Assembly (NCBI GenBank): GCA_964658305.1
Contig: OZ210886.1
Coordinates: forward strand, 1 to 64,000
Direction of reading: 5' to 3'
DNA: 64,000 nt
From: Leptogorgia sarmentosa
Lineage: Eukaryota
Shown here: positions 1-13,210 of the stretch, one piece after another
Layout of the letters: each line of letters begins with the position of its first letter
How positions within the stretch are numbered: position 1 is the first letter of the stretch
Position numbers and translations under genes: made by a program
Notes under the pieces: generated by a model
What the model saw: only the letters and a program-made list of their open reading frames with translations
The model's database searches: none
What the model was told of the DNA's origin: nothing

Positions 1-3000
1 TGAAAGGTTGCGGTTAGGCAGGAAAAGCCTGGGGTTAGGCTGGAAAGGTTGCGGTTAGACTGGAAAAGGCTGGGGTTAGGCTGGAAAGGTTGCGGTTAGG
101 CTGGAAAAGGCTGGGGTTAGGCTGGAAAGGTTTCGGTTAGGCTGGAAAGGTTGCGGTTAGGCTGGAAAAGGCTGGGGTTAGGCTGGAAAAGGCTGGGGTT
201 AGGCTGGAAAGGTTGCGGTTAGGCTTGAAAAGGGTGGGGTTAGGCTGGAAAGGTTGCGGTTAGGCTGGAAAGGTTGCGGTAAGGCTGGAAAAGGCTGGGA
301 TTAGGCTGGAAAGGTTGCGGTTAGGCTGGGGTTAGGCTGGAAAGGTTGCGGTTAGGCAGGAAAAGGCTGGGGTTAGGCTGGGGTTAGGCTGGGGTTAGGC
401 TGGGGTTAGGCTGGAAAAGGCTGCGGTTAGGCTGAAAAGGCTGGGGTTAGGCCGGAAAAAGCTGGGGTTAGGCTGAAAAGGCTGGGGTTAGGCCGGAAAA
501 GGCTGGGGTTAGGCTGGAAAGGTTGCGGTTAGCAATGAAAAGGCTGGGGTTAGGCTGGAAAGGTTGCGGTTAGAAAGGAAAAGCGTGGGGTTAGCCTGGA
601 AAGGTTGCGGTTAGGCTGGAAAAGGCTGGGGTTATGCTGGAAAGGTTGCGGTTAGGCTGGAAAAGGTTGGGGTTAGGCTGGAAAGGTTGCGGTTAGGCAG
701 GAAAAGGCTGGGGTTAGGCTGGAAAAGGCTGGGGTTAGGCTGAAAAGGCTGGGGTTAGGCTGGAAAAGGCTGTGGTTAGGCTGGAAAAGGTTGCGGTTAG
801 GTTTGAAAAGGCTGGGGTTAGGCTGAAAGGCTGGGGTTAGGCTGAAAGGCTGCGGTTAGGCAGGAAAAGGCTGCGGTTAGGCTGGAAATGTTGCGGTTAG
901 GCTGGGGTTAGGCTGGAAAGGTTGCGGTCAGGCTGGAAAAGGCTGGGGTTAGGCTGGAAAGGTTGCGGTTAGGCTTTAAAGGTTGCGGTTACGCTGGAAA
1001 GGTTGCGGTTATGCAGGAAAAGGCTGGGGTTAGGCTGGGGTTAGGCTGGAAAAGCCTGGGGTTAGGCTGGAAAAGGCTGGGGTTAGGCTGGAAAGGTTGC
1101 GGTTAGGCTTGAAAAGGGTGGGGTTAGGCTGGAAAGGTTACGGTTAGGCTGGAAAGGTTGCGGTAAGGCTGGAAAAGGCTGGGATTAGGCTGGAAAGGTT
1201 GCGGTTAGGCTGGGGTTAGGCTGGAAAGGTTGCGGTTAGGCAGGAAAAGGCTGGGGTTAGGCTGGGGTTAGGCTGGGGTTAGGCTGGGGTTAGGCTGGGG
1301 TTAGGCTGGAAAACGCTGCGGTTATGCTGAAAAGGCTGGGGTTATGCCGGAAAAAGCTGGGGTTAGGCTGAAAAGGCTGGGGTTAGGCCGGAAAAGGCTG
1401 GGGTTAGGCTGGAAAGGTTGCGGTTAGGCTGGAAAGGTTGCGGTTAGGCAGGAAAAGGCTGGGGTTAGGCTGGAAAGGTTGCGGTTAGAAAGGAAAAGCG
1501 TGGGGTTAGCCTGGAAAGGTTGCGGTTAGGCTGGAAAAGGCTGGGGTTATGCTGGAAAGGTTGCGGTTAGGCTGGAAAAGGTTGGGGTTAGGCTGGAAAG
1601 GTTGCGGTTAGGCAGGAAAAGGCTGGGGTTAGGCTGGAAAAGGCTGGGGTTAGGCTGAAAAGGCTGGGGTTAGGCTGGAAAAGGCTGTGGTTAGGCTGGA
1701 AAAGGTTGCGGTTAGGTTTGAAAAGGCTGGGGTTAGGCTGAAAGGCTGGGGTTAGGCTGAAAGGCTGCGGTTAGGCAGGAAAAGGCTGGGGTTAGGCTGG
1801 AAAGGTTGCGGTTAGGCTTTAAAGGTTGCGGTTACGCTGGAAAGGTTGCGGTTAGGCTGGAAAGGTTGCGGTTAGGCAGGAAAAGGCTGGGGTTAGGCTG
1901 GAAAGGTTGCGGTTAGGCTGGGGTTAGGCTGGAAAGGTTGCGGTCAGGCTGGAAAAGGCTGGGGTTAGGCTGGAAAGGTTGCGGTTAGGCTTTAAAGGTT
2001 GCGGTTACGCTGGAAAGGTTGCGGTTAGGCTGGAAAGGTTGCGGTTAGGCAGGAAAAGGCTGGGGTTAGGCTGGAAAGGTTGCGGTCAGGCAGGAAAAGG
2101 GTGGGGTTAGGCTGGAAAGGTTGCGGTTAGGCTGGAAAAGGCTGGGGTTAGGCTGGAAAGGTTGCGGTTAGGCTGGAAAGGTTGCGGTTAGGCTGGCAAA
2201 GCCTGGGGTTAGGCTGGAAAGGTTGCGGTTAGGCTGGAAAGGTTGCGGTTGGGCTGGAAAGGTTGCGGTAAGGCTGGAAAAGGCTGGGATTAGGCTGGAA
2301 AGGTTGCGGTTAGACTGGGTTTAGGCTGGAAAGGTTGCGGTTAGGCAGGAAAAGGGTGGGGTTAGGCTGGAAAGCTTGCGGTTAGGCTGGAAAGGTTGCG
2401 GTTAGGCTGGAAAGGTTGCGGTAAGGCTGGAAAAGGCTGGGATTAGGCTGGAAAGGTTGCGGTTAGGCTGGGGTTAGGCTGGAAAGGTTGCGGTTAGGCA
2501 GGAAAAGGCTGGGGTTAGGCTGGGGTTGGGCTGGGGTTAGGCTGGGGTTAGGCTGGGGTTAGGCTGGAAAAGGCTGCGGTTAGGCTGAAAAGGCTGGGGT
2601 TATGCCGGAAAAAGCTGGGGTTAGGCTGAAAAGGATGGGGTTAGGCCGGAAAAGGCTGGGGTTAGGCTGGAAAGGTTGCGGTTAGGCTGGAAAGGTTGCG
2701 GTTAGGCAGGAAAAGGCTGGGGTTAGGCTTGAAAGGTTGCGGTTAGAAAGGAAAAGCGTGGGGTTAGCCTGGAAAGGTTGCGGTTAGGCTGGAAAAGGCT
2801 GGGGTTAGGCTGGAAAGGTTGCGGTTAGGCTGGAAAGGTTGCGGTTAGGCTGGAAAGGTTGCGGTTAGGCTGGAAAAAGCTGGGGTTAGGCTGGAAAAGG
2901 CAGGGGTTAGGCTGGAAAGGTTGCGGTTAGGCTGGGGTTAGGCTGGAAAGGTTGCGGTTAGGCAGGAAAAGGCTGGGGTTAGGCTGGAAAAGGCTGGGCT

Positions 3001-6000
3001 TAGGCTGGAAAAGGCTGCGGTTAGGCTGAAAAGGCTGTGGTTAGGCCGGAAAAGGCTGGGGTTAGGCTGAAAAGGCTGGGGTTAGGCCGGAAAAGGCTGG
3101 GGTTAGGCTGGAAAGGTTGCGGTTAGGCTGGAAAGGTTGCGGTTAGGCAGGAAAAGGCTGGGGTTAGGCTTGAAAGGTTGCGGTTAGAAAGGAAAAGCGT
3201 GGGGTTAGCCTGGAAAGGTTGCGGTTAGGCTGGAAAAGGCTGGGGTTAGGCTGGAAAGGTTGCGGTTAGGCTGAAAAGGTTGCGGTTAGGCTGGAAAGGT
3301 TGCGGTTAGGCTGGAAAAGGCTGGGGTTAGGCTGGAAAAGGCTGGGGTTAGGCTGGAAAGGTTGCGGTTAGGCTGGGGTTAGGCTGGAAAGGTTGCGGTT
3401 AGGCAGGAAAAGGCTGGGGTTAGGCTGGAAAAGGCTGGGCTTAGGCTGGAAAAGGCTGCGGTTAGGCTGAAAAGGCTGTGGTTAGGCTGGAAAGGTTGCG
3501 GTTAGGCAGGAAAAGGCTGGTGTTAGGCTGGGGTTAGGCTGGGGTTAGGCTGGAAAAGGCTGCGGTTAGGCTGAAAAGGCTGGGGTTAGGTCGGAAAAAG
3601 CTGGGGTTAGGCTGAAAAGGCTGGGGTTAGGCCGGAAAAGGCTGGGGTTAGGCTGGAAAGGTTGCGGTTAGGCAGGAAAAGGCTGGGGTTAGGCTGGGAA
3701 GGTTGCGGTTAGAAAGGAAAAGCGTGGGGTTAGCCTGGAAAGGTTGCGGTTAGGCTCGAAAAGGCTGGGGTTATGCTGGAAAGGTTGCGGTTAGGCTGGA
3801 AAAGGTTGGGGTTAGGCTGGAAAGGTTGCGGTTAGGCAGGAAAAGGCTAGGGTTAGGCTGGAAAAGGCTGGGGTTAGGCTGAAAAGGCTGGGGTTAGGCT
3901 GGAAAAGGCTGTGGTTAGGCTGGAAAAGTTTGCGGTTAGGTTTGAAAAGGCTGGGGTTAGGCTGAAAGGCTGCGGTTAGGCAGGAAAAGGCTGGGGTTAG
4001 GCTGGAAATGTTGCGGTTAGGCTGGGGTTAGGCTGGAAAGGTTGCGGTCAGGCTGGAAAAGGCTGGGGTAAGGCTGGAAAGGTTGCGGTTAGGCTTTAAA
4101 GGTTGCGGTTACGCTGGAAAGGTTGCGGTTATGCAGGAAAAGGCTGGGGTTAGGCTGGGGTTAGGCTGGGGTTAGGCAGGAAAAGGCTGGGGTTAGGCTT
4201 GAAAGGTTGCGGTTAGGCAGGAAAAGGCTGGGGTTAGGCTGGAAAGGTTGCGGTTAGGCTGGAAAAGGCTGGGGTTTGGCTGGAAAGGTTGCGGTTAGGC
4301 TGGAAAAGGCTGGGGTTAGGCTGGAAAGCTTGCGGTTAGGCTGGAAAGGTTGCGGTTAGGCAGGAAAAGGCTGGGGTTAGGCTGGAAAAGGCTGGGGTTA
4401 GGCTGGAAAAGGTTGCGGTTAGGCTGGAAAAGGCTGGGGTTAGGCTGGAAAGGTTGCGGTTAAGCAGGAAAAGGCTGGGGTTAGGCTGGAAAGGTTGCGG
4501 TTAGGCTGGGGTTAGGCTGGAAAGGTTGCGGTTAGGCAGGAAAAAGCTGGGATTAGGCTGGAAAGGTTGCGGTTAGGCTGGAAAGGTTGCGGTTAGATTG
4601 GAAAAGGCTGGGGTTAGACTGGAAAGGTTGCGGACAGGCTGGAAAAGGCTGGGGTTAGACTGGAAAGATTGCGGTTACGCAGGAAAAGGCTGGGGTTAGG
4701 CTGAAAAGGTTGCGGTTAGGCTGGAAAATGCTGGGGTTAGACTGCAAAGGTTGCGGTTAGGCTGGAAAACGCTGGGGTTAGGCTGGAAAAGTTGCGGTTA
4801 GGCTGGAAAGGTTGCGGTTAGGCTGGAAAATGCTGGGGTTAGTCTGGAAAGGTTGCGGTCAGGCAGGAAAAGGGTGGGGTTAGGCTGGAAAGGTTGCGGT
4901 TAGGCTGGAAAAGGCTGGGGTTAGGCTGGAAAGGTTGCGGTTAGGCTGGAAAATGCTGGGGTTAGGCTGGAAAGGTTGCGGTCAGGCAGGAAAAGGGTGG
5001 GGTTAGGCTGGAAAGGTTGCGGTTAGGCTGGAAAAGGCTGGGGTTAGGCTGGAAAGATTGCGGTTACGCAGGAAAAAGCTGGGGTTAGGCTGAAAAGGTT
5101 GCGGTTAGGCTGGAAAATGCTGGGGTTAGACTGCAAAGGTTGCGGTTAGGCTGGAAAACGCTGGGGTTAGGCTGGAAAGGATGCGGTTAGGCAGGAAAAG
5201 GCTGGGGTTAGGCTGGAAAGGTTGCGGTTATCCAGGAAAAGGCTGGGGTTATGCAGGAAAAGGCTGGGGTTAGCCTCGAAAGGTTGCGGTTAGGCAGGAA
5301 AAGGCTGGGGTTAGGCTGAAAAGGCTGGGGTTAGGCCAGATAAGGCTGGGGTTAGGCTGGAAAGGTTGCGGTTAGGCTGGAAAAGGCTGGGGTTATGCAG
5401 GAAAAGGCTGGGGTTAGCCTCGAAAGGTTGCGGTTAGGCAGGAAAAGGCAGGGGTTAGGCTGAAAAGGCTGGGGTTAGGCCGGAAAAGGCAGGGGTTAGG
5501 CTGGAAAGGTTGCGGCTAGGCTGGAAAAGGTTGGGGTTAGCCTGGAAAGGTTGCGGTTAGGCAGGAAAAGGCTGGGGTTAGGCTGGAAACGCCTGGGGTT
5601 AGGCTGAAAAGGCTAGGGTTAGGCCGAAAAGGCTGGGGTTAGGCTGGCAAGGTTGCGGTTAGCCTGGAAAAGGTTGGGGTTAGGCTGGAAAGGTTGCGGT
5701 TAGGCAGGAAAAGGCTGGGGTTAGGCTGGAAAGGTTGCGGTTAGGCAGGAAAACTGTGGGCTTAGGCTGAAAGGTTGCGGTTAGGCTGGAAAAGGCTGGG
5801 GTTAGGCAGGAAAGGTTGCGGTTATGCAGGAAAAGGCTGGGGTTAGGCTTGAAAGGTTGCGGTTAGGCAGGAAAAGCCTGGGGTTAGGCTGGAAAGGTTG
5901 CGGTTAGACTGGAAAAGGCTGGGGTTAGGCTGGAAAGGTTGCGGTTAGGCTGGAAAAGGCTGGGGTTAGGCTGGAAAGGTTGCGGTTAGGCTGGAAAGGT

Positions 6001-9000
6001 TGCGGTTAGGCTGGAAAAGGCTGGGGTTAGGCTGGAAAAGGCTGGGGTTAGGCTGGAAAGGTTGCGGTTAGGCTTGAAAAGGGTGGGGTTAGGCTGGAAA
6101 GGTTGCGGTTAGGCTGGAAAGGTTGCGGTAAGGCTGGAAAAGGCTGGGATTAGGCTGGAAAGGTTGCGGTTAGGCTGGGGTTAGGCTGGAAAGGTTGCGG
6201 TTAGGCAGGAAAAGGCTGGGGTTAGGCTGGGGTTAGGCTGGGGTTAGGCTGGAAAAGGCTGCGGTTAGGCTGAAAAGGCTGGGGTTAGGCCGGAAAAAGC
6301 TGGGGTTAGGCTGAAAAGGCTGGGGTTAGGCCGGAAAAGGCTGGGGTTAGGCTGGAAAGGTTGCGGTTAGCAATGAAAAGGCTGGGGTTAGGCTGGAAAG
6401 GTTGCGGTTAGAAAGGAAAAGCGTGGGGTTAGCCTGGAAAGGTTGCGGTTTGGCTGGAAAAGGCTGGGGTTATGCTGGAAAGGTTGCGGTTAGGCTGGAA
6501 AAGGTTGGGGTTAGGCTGGAAAGGTTGCGGTTAGGCAGGAAAAGGCTGGGGTTAGGCTGGAAAAGGCTGGGGTTAGGCTGAAAAGGCTGGGGTTAGGCTG
6601 GAAAAGGCTGTGGTTAGGCTGGAAAAGGTTGCGGTTAGGTTTGAAAAGGCTGGGGTTAGGCTGAAAGGCTGGGGTTAGGCTGAAAGGCTGCGGTTAGGCA
6701 GGAAAAGGCTGCGGTTAGGCTGGAAATGTTGCGGTTAGGCTGGGGTTAGGCTGGAAAGGTTGCGGTCAGGCTGGAAAAGGCTGGGGTTAGGCTGGAAAGG
6801 TTGCGGTTAGGCTTTAAAGGTTGCGGTTACGCTGGAAAGGTTGCGGTTATGCAGGAAAAGGCTGGGGTTAGGCTGGGGTTAGGCTGGAAAAGCCTGGGGT
6901 TAGGCTGGAAAAGGCTGGGGTTAGGCTGGAAAGGTTGCGGTTAGGCTGGAAAAGGGTGGGGTTAGGCTGGAAAGGTTACGGTTAGGCTGGAAAGGTTGCG
7001 GTAAGGCTGGAAAAGGCTGGGATTAGGCTGGAAAGGTTGCGGTTAGGCTGGGGTTAGGCTGGAAAGGTTGCGGTTAGGCAGGAAAAGGCTGGGGTTAGGC
7101 TGGGGTTAGGCTGGGGTTAGGCTGGGGTTAGGCTGGGGTTAGGCTGGAAAACGCTGCGGTTAGGCTGAAAAGGCTGGGGTTATGCCGGAAAAAGCTGGGG
7201 TTAGGCTGAAAAGGCTGGGGTTAGGCCGGAAAAGGCTGGGGTTAGGCTGGAAAGGTTGCGGTTAGGCTGGAAAGGTTGCGGTTAGGCAGGAAAAAGCTGG
7301 GGTTAGGCTGAAAAGGCTGGGGTTAGGCCGGAAAAGGCTGGGGTTAGGCTGGAAAGGTTGCGGTTAGCAATGAAAAGGCTGGGGTTAGGCTGGAAAGGTT
7401 GCGGTTAGAAAGGAAAAGCGTGGGGTTAGCCTGGAAAGGTTGCGGTTAGGCTGGAAAAGGCTGGGGTTATGCTGGAAAGGTTGCGGTTAGGCTGGAAAAG
7501 GTTGGGGTTAGGCTGGAAAGGTTGCGGTTAGGCAGGAAAAGGCTGGGGTTAGGCTGGAAAAGGCTGGGGTTAGGCTGAAAAGGCTGGGGTTAGGCTGGAA
7601 AAGGCTGTGGTTAGGCTGGAAAAGGTTGCGGTTAGGTTTGAAAAGGCTGGGGTTAGGCTGAAAGGCTGGGGTTAGGCTGAAAGGCTGCGGTTAGGCAGGA
7701 AAAGGCTGCGGTTAGGCTGGAAATGTTGCGGTTAGGCTGGGGTTAGGCTGGAAAGGTTGCGGTCAGGCTGGAAAAGGCTGGGGTTAGGCTGGAAAGGTTG
7801 CGGTTAGGCTTTAAAGGTTGCGGTTACGCTGGAAAGGTTGCGGTTATGCAGGAAAAGGCTGGGGTTAGGCTGGGGTTAGGCTGGAAAAGCCTGGGGTTAG
7901 GCTGGAAAAGGCTGGGGTTAGGCTGGAAAGGTTGCGGTTAGGCTGGAAAAGGGTGGGGTTAGGCTGGAAAGGTTACGGTTAGGCTGGAAAGGTTGCGGTA
8001 AGGCTGGAAAAGGCTGGGATTAGGCTGGAAAGGTTGCGGTTAGGCTGGGGTTAGGCTGGAAAGGTTGCGGTTAGGCAGGAAAAGGCTGGGGTTAGGCTGG
8101 GGTTAGGCTGGGGTTAGGCTGGGGTTAGGCTGGGGTTAGGCTGGGGTTAGGCTGGAAAACGCTGCGGTTAGGCTGAAAAGGCTGGGGTTATGCCGGAAAA
8201 AGCTGGGGTTAGGCTGAAAAGGCTGGGGTTAGGCCGGAAAAGGCTGGGGTTAGGCTGGAAAGGTTGCGGTTAGGCTGGAAAGGTTGCGGTTAGGCAGGAA
8301 AAGGCTGGGGTTAGGCTGGAAAGGTTGCGGTTAGAAAGGAAAAGCGTGGGGTTAGCCTGGAAAGGTTGCGGTTAGGCTGGAAAAGGCTGGGGTTATGCTG
8401 GAAAGGTTGCGGTTAGGCTGGAAAAGGTTGGGGTTAGGCTGGAAAGGTTGCGGTTAGGCAGGAAAAGGCTGGGCTTAGGCTGGAAAAGGCTGGGGTTAGG
8501 CTGAAAAGGCTGGGGTTAGGCTGGAAAAGGCTGTGGTTAGGCTGGAAAAGGTTGCGGTTAGGTTTGAAAAGGCTGGGGTTAGGCTGAAAGGCTGGGGTTA
8601 GGCTGAAAGGCTGCGGTTAGGCAGGAAAAGGCTGCGGTTAGGCTGGAAATGTTGCGGTTAGGCTGGGGTTAGGCTGGAAAGGTTGCGGTCAGGCTGGAAA
8701 AGGCTGGGGTTAGGCTGGAAAGGTTGCGGTTAGGCTTTAAAGGTTGCGGTTACGCTGGAAAGGTTGCGGTTATGCAGGAAAAGGCTGGGGTTAGGCTGGG
8801 GTTAGGCTGGAAAAGCCTGGGGTTAGGCTGGAAAAGGCTGGGGTTAGGCTGGAAAGGTTGCGGTTAGGCTGGAAAAGGGTGGGGTTAGGCTGGAAAGGTT
8901 ACGGTTAGGCTGGAAAGGTTGCGGTAAGGCTGGAAAAGGCTGGGATTAGGCTGGAAAGGTTGCGGTTAGGCTGGGGTTAGGCTGGAAAGGTTGCGGTTAG

Positions 9001-10080
9001 GCAGGAAAAGGCTGGGGTTAGGCTGGGGTTAGGCTGGGGTTAGGCTGGGGTTAGGCTGGAAAACGCTGCGGTTAGGCTGAAAAGGCTGGGGTTATGCCGG
9101 AAAAAGCTGGGGTTGGCTGAAAAGGCTGGGGTTAGGCTGGAAAAGGCTGGGGTTAGGCTGGAAAGGTTGCGGTTAGGCTGGAAAGGTTGCGGTTAGGCAG
9201 GAAAAGGCTGGGGTTAGGCTGGAAAGGTTGCGGTTAGAAAGGAAAAGCGTCGGGTTAGCCTGGAAAGGTTGCGGTTAGGCTGGAAAAGGCTGGGGTTAGG
9301 CTGGAAAGGTTGCGGTTAGGCTGGAAAGGTTGCGGTTAGGCTGGAAAGGTTGCGGTTAGGCTGGAAAAGGCTGGGGTTAGGCGGGAAAAGGCTGGAGTTA
9401 GGCTGGAAAGGTTGCGGTTAGGCTGGGGTTAGGCTGGAAAGGTTGCGGTTAGGCAGGAAAAGGCTGGGGTTAGGTTGGAAAAGGCTGGGGTTAGGCTGGA
9501 AAAGGCTGCGGTTAGGCTGAAAAGGCTGTGGTTAGGCCGGAAAAAGCTGGGGTTAGGCTGAAAAGGCTGGGGTTAGGCCGGAAAAGGCCGGGGTTAGGCT
9601 GGAAAGGTTGCGGTTAGGCTGAAAAATGTTGTGGTTAGGCTGGAAAGGTTGCGGTTATGCAGGAAAAGGCTGGGGTTAGGCTGGGGTTAGGCTGGAAAAG
9701 CCTGGGGTTAGGCTGGAAAAGGCTGGGGTTAGGCTGGAAAGGTTGCGGTTTGGCTGGAAAAGGGTGGGGTTAGGCTGGAAAGGTTACGGTTAGGCTGGAA
9801 AAGTTGCGGTAAGGCTGGAAAAGGCTGGGATTAGGCTGGAAAGGTTGCGGTTAGGCTGGGGTTAGGCTGGAAAGGTTGCGGTTAGGCAGGAAAAGGCTGG
9901 GGTTAGGCTGGGGTTAGGCTGGGGTTAGGCTGGGGTTAGGCTGGGGTTAGGCTGGGGTTAGGCTGGGGTTAGGCTGGGGTTAGGCTGGGGTTAGGCTGGG
10001 GTTAGGCTGGGGTTAGGCTGGAAAACGCTGCGGTTAGGCTGAAAAGGCTGGGGTTATGCCGGAAAAAGCTGGGGTTAGGT
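1..10080 (+). repeat. G-rich complex satellite built from 20-bp (GGCTGGAAAGGTTGCGGTTA), 21-bp (GGCTGGAAAAGGCTGGGGTTA) and 11-bp (GGCTGGGGTTA) monomers; open at window start
   Basis: Tandem array is directly visible. Most monomer junctions read GGTTAGG, like telomeric TTAGG(G). A pure 11-mer run lies at ~9895-10020, and the array joins unique sequence abruptly at ~10080. Confidence 0.97.
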
Positions 10081-10725
10081 TTTCTCTACCATGCAATCAT
10101 TTCAAACGTCTGTCAGTTTCCTCTGCCTTGTCATATTCCTAAAGGTAAAATGATGATAAAGTGTAGTTTTCAATTCCTTGCTTGGGTATTTTCCAAAACG
10201 TTCTCGCTGGTAATACTGCTCCCAATTACTTGATTTATCTTCCACAATCAATTATGAATACAATCAATCAATAATCGGTCAATATCGATTATCGACGACA
10301 ATTAATTGATTATGAAAGTCAGCTAATGGAAGCACATCTGAGGTGAACAACATTGAAATGACAGAGTGTTGAAGGAAGATGTATAAAACACTCACTTCTT
10401 TCAACCGTCTGTCCATGAGAATATCCACAGGTTCACGTTTCTTCTTCATCATCTTCATCACAGGATGATTGAGCATACTCAGGCCTAGTAAAGAGCAGGC
10501 TTCATTAGCATTTCAACTTGCAAGGACCTTCATATAAAGAAGGGCACAATTTAAAAAGGTGAAATAATGGTGGCAGGAAGTTTGTAGTAAATTTGACTTT
10601 CTGCATTGACAATTCACCTTGAAAACAACCACATTTCGATGCAGCAGACATGACGCGATTGTTTAAGGCACCTTTACATCAGTCTAGCTTCAAAAACTTT
10701 GAAAGAAAAGAAAACCTTTTTAATC

Positions 10726-10790
10726 TACAGTAGAACCTCGCTAACTCGAATCCTTAAGGGGAACAAAAAATTGTTCGAGTTTCGAGTATA
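10726..10790. mobile_element. Tc1/mariner-pogo-like MITE end fragment
   Basis: Terminus reads TA|CAGTAGAACCTCGCTAACTCGAA, with internal TCGAA/TTCGAG repeats typical of such MITEs. No second end was located. Confidence 0.45.
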
Positions 10791-11011
10791 TCACATCAGC
10801 AAGTTTCCCGCCTACCTTGTGATTGGTTGAATTCTCAGCCCTGACCAATCACAGTCCAAGGTGTATGTTGGGAGAATAACTAAACTCAACACAGGATTTG
10901 TACGATTAAATAAGCAACACAAACGTACGTTTCGCCAAACACGCGTGCAATTTTTCATTAATACTTCTCGAACCGTGTAATTTCCTATACTAAAATTTGG
11001 AGAAGATTTTT

Positions 11012-11225
11012 ATGAGAGGGTGTGTATGGACCTTGGAGGGTATGTGTGGATTATGGAGGGCATGTATGCATTATGGAGGGCGTGCATGGATTATGGAGGG
11101 CAAGTATGGATTATAGAGGGCATGTATGCATCATGCAGGGCAAGTATGGATTATAGAGGGCATGTATGCATCATGCAGGGCATGTATGGATTATGGAGGG
11201 TGTGTATGAACCTTGGGGGGTATGG
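11012..11225 (+). repeat. 20-bp minisatellite (~GGGCATGTATGGATTATGGA), about 10 copies
   Basis: Tandem degenerate units are directly visible and explain the repetitive ORF at 11020-11241. Confidence 0.9.
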
Positions 11226-11763
11226 ACATTTTTGTGGTTGACTGCTCTGAGTTTGTCTCAAAGCTTCAGTAAAATGCAAGGGCTGCTACTGCGAGAGATC
11301 ATTCAAAAGCAAAAATAAAAATCCCATGCGTTTGTGTTGACGTAAAAGAACAGGAGGTTTTCTTAAATGTTATAATTTTTATTAATATAAAGACATTTCA
11401 CAACACACCAAGGTGAACCCCCAGGCTAGTGGAGGGAAGGAGGCGCCTTACATCTCCATTTTAGACCTGCAACAAGCATGGTCTAACCACTGCCCGACTG
11501 TGAACAATTACAGTAAAGTTTGCAAAATTCTCCTTTCAGTGGAATAGACCTTAGAAGTTATACCAGTGTTCTGGGAATTTAACCCAGAGGCCGACAGAAA
11601 AACTGTTTTCATCGACCCCTAACAAGGACACTCCCCCATGCACTAAGCTAACTTCGACCATTTGCATATAGCTCGGTCGCAGGAGAGTAATTTTTACATG
11701 CAATGCAAGCTATATCTCATGCTCGTGCAATTTTTAAGTTCCGAATAATTTTGCCTATTTCTA

Positions 11764-11832
11764 TTGCTTCGGACATACAGAAAATACAAATGCCGGGCCC
11801 GATCATTTGTATTTACTCATTGTTCGAAACAA
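11764..11832 (-). ncRNA. Candidate pre-miRNA-like hairpin, copy 1
   Basis: 69-nt fold-back with ~30-nt arms (about 23 pairs) and a 9-nt loop. It lies in a predicted intron and is paralogous to 13211-13279. Confidence 0.35.
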
Positions 11833-13210
11833 GCAGGTGAAAAAACAGGGTTGGGAGGCCTTAGACGATTATAGCTTCCATATCGAAAAAGAAGGGAACC
11901 CGGGGACTAAACTAGCTACAAATTATACCTTGCTCACCCATCAGTCTCCAAGATAACGCGTCCATCTTTCCATGCAACCAGTTGATCTTCAAAAATAAAT
12001 GTCACAATTAAATAGAAAATAAAACTGTGAAACCAGACAGCGAGTATTAAATTGATTTTCTATGGAATAAATTGAACTACACGAGATTAACAACACACAA
12101 CAGACAATTACCTTCAAACGTTGCGCAGCTTCACCAGTTTAAACGAACAATCCAAACGGATTCACTGATCCGAGCCTGAAACAAAAAAAAACGAAAAGAG
12201 TTTCATAAAATTCATAAAGTTAGGCTTCATCAGGTTCAGGTTTCCTTCAGTTACCCACACGAACTACATCAGTAAAAAATCCAGTATAAATATCAGTAAG
12301 GGTCATGAAAATGAGACGATTGAACCTAGAATTGAAAAGCTATCCAATCAAACAGGCAGGGTATCCTGAGTACCGGAGAAAAACCCTTGAAAAGGCAGTC
12401 CTGAAATAAATTTGCAAGTTACCTTCCTCTCGTATTACTGCTTCTTTGTGACAAACCATTTCTCCAAGACAACGAAACCATGGTCCACTATATCCTGCTT
12501 AATCGTCAAATAAAAGTGTAACAATTAACAAAAATAAAAATGTAAAACTAGACAACAAGTAATAAAATGATTTTTCATGGAAATAAATTTAACAACACAA
12601 GCTTAATAATACACACCAGACTTATCACCTTTAAAGTGGTATAGGTCGACCAGTTCCACACACATAATCCAATCGGGCCCAATTACGCCAAGTCTGACAA
12701 AGAGAGATCATAAATTTAATTTGTTGAATGTACGGGAAGAACACTTTAGAAGTGACAAAGCTATCCAAATCATAGTAACCATTGTACCTTCTCATACTGA
12801 TCCACCATTGCCGTTAGTTCCAATGGAGTGTCCTCAGTTATTGGGTCCTTGGGCAACGTGTGTTGGCTCGCACATAAAATTATAAGACACCAACATTTTG
12901 TACATTCGAACAATTTTGTACCGGTACTTGCAAGAGTAAAGTTACGTTTGCTATTTTGATAGTGATAGAGAACATAGTGTTTTGAATGCTTGAAGTTTCA
13001 ATATTTGTCAGGTTAGAGACAGTCTTCATGAATTATTGATGCGTCTTTAGGACTACTGTAGCATTCTCTCATGCATCATTTTAATAATTTTTACGTGTGA
13101 GTATGTCATGCTCATGCAACTTAAAATTAAATGATGGTGTACAACTTCGCTGTATCAGTTTCGAACTCTTATATTTTAGCACTCCGAAAGTAATTTCGCC
13201 TAAAGTTATA

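Noticed and set aside
1..10080. True telomere, CRISPR array or repetitive coding sequence
   Set aside because: It is not a pure (TTAGGG)n array, and its orientation is wrong for a left telomere. There are no unique spacers or cas genes. TAG/TAA stops recur and the ORF track shows no ORF.
11020..11241. 73-aa ORF
   Set aside because: It is a translation of the 20-bp minisatellite.
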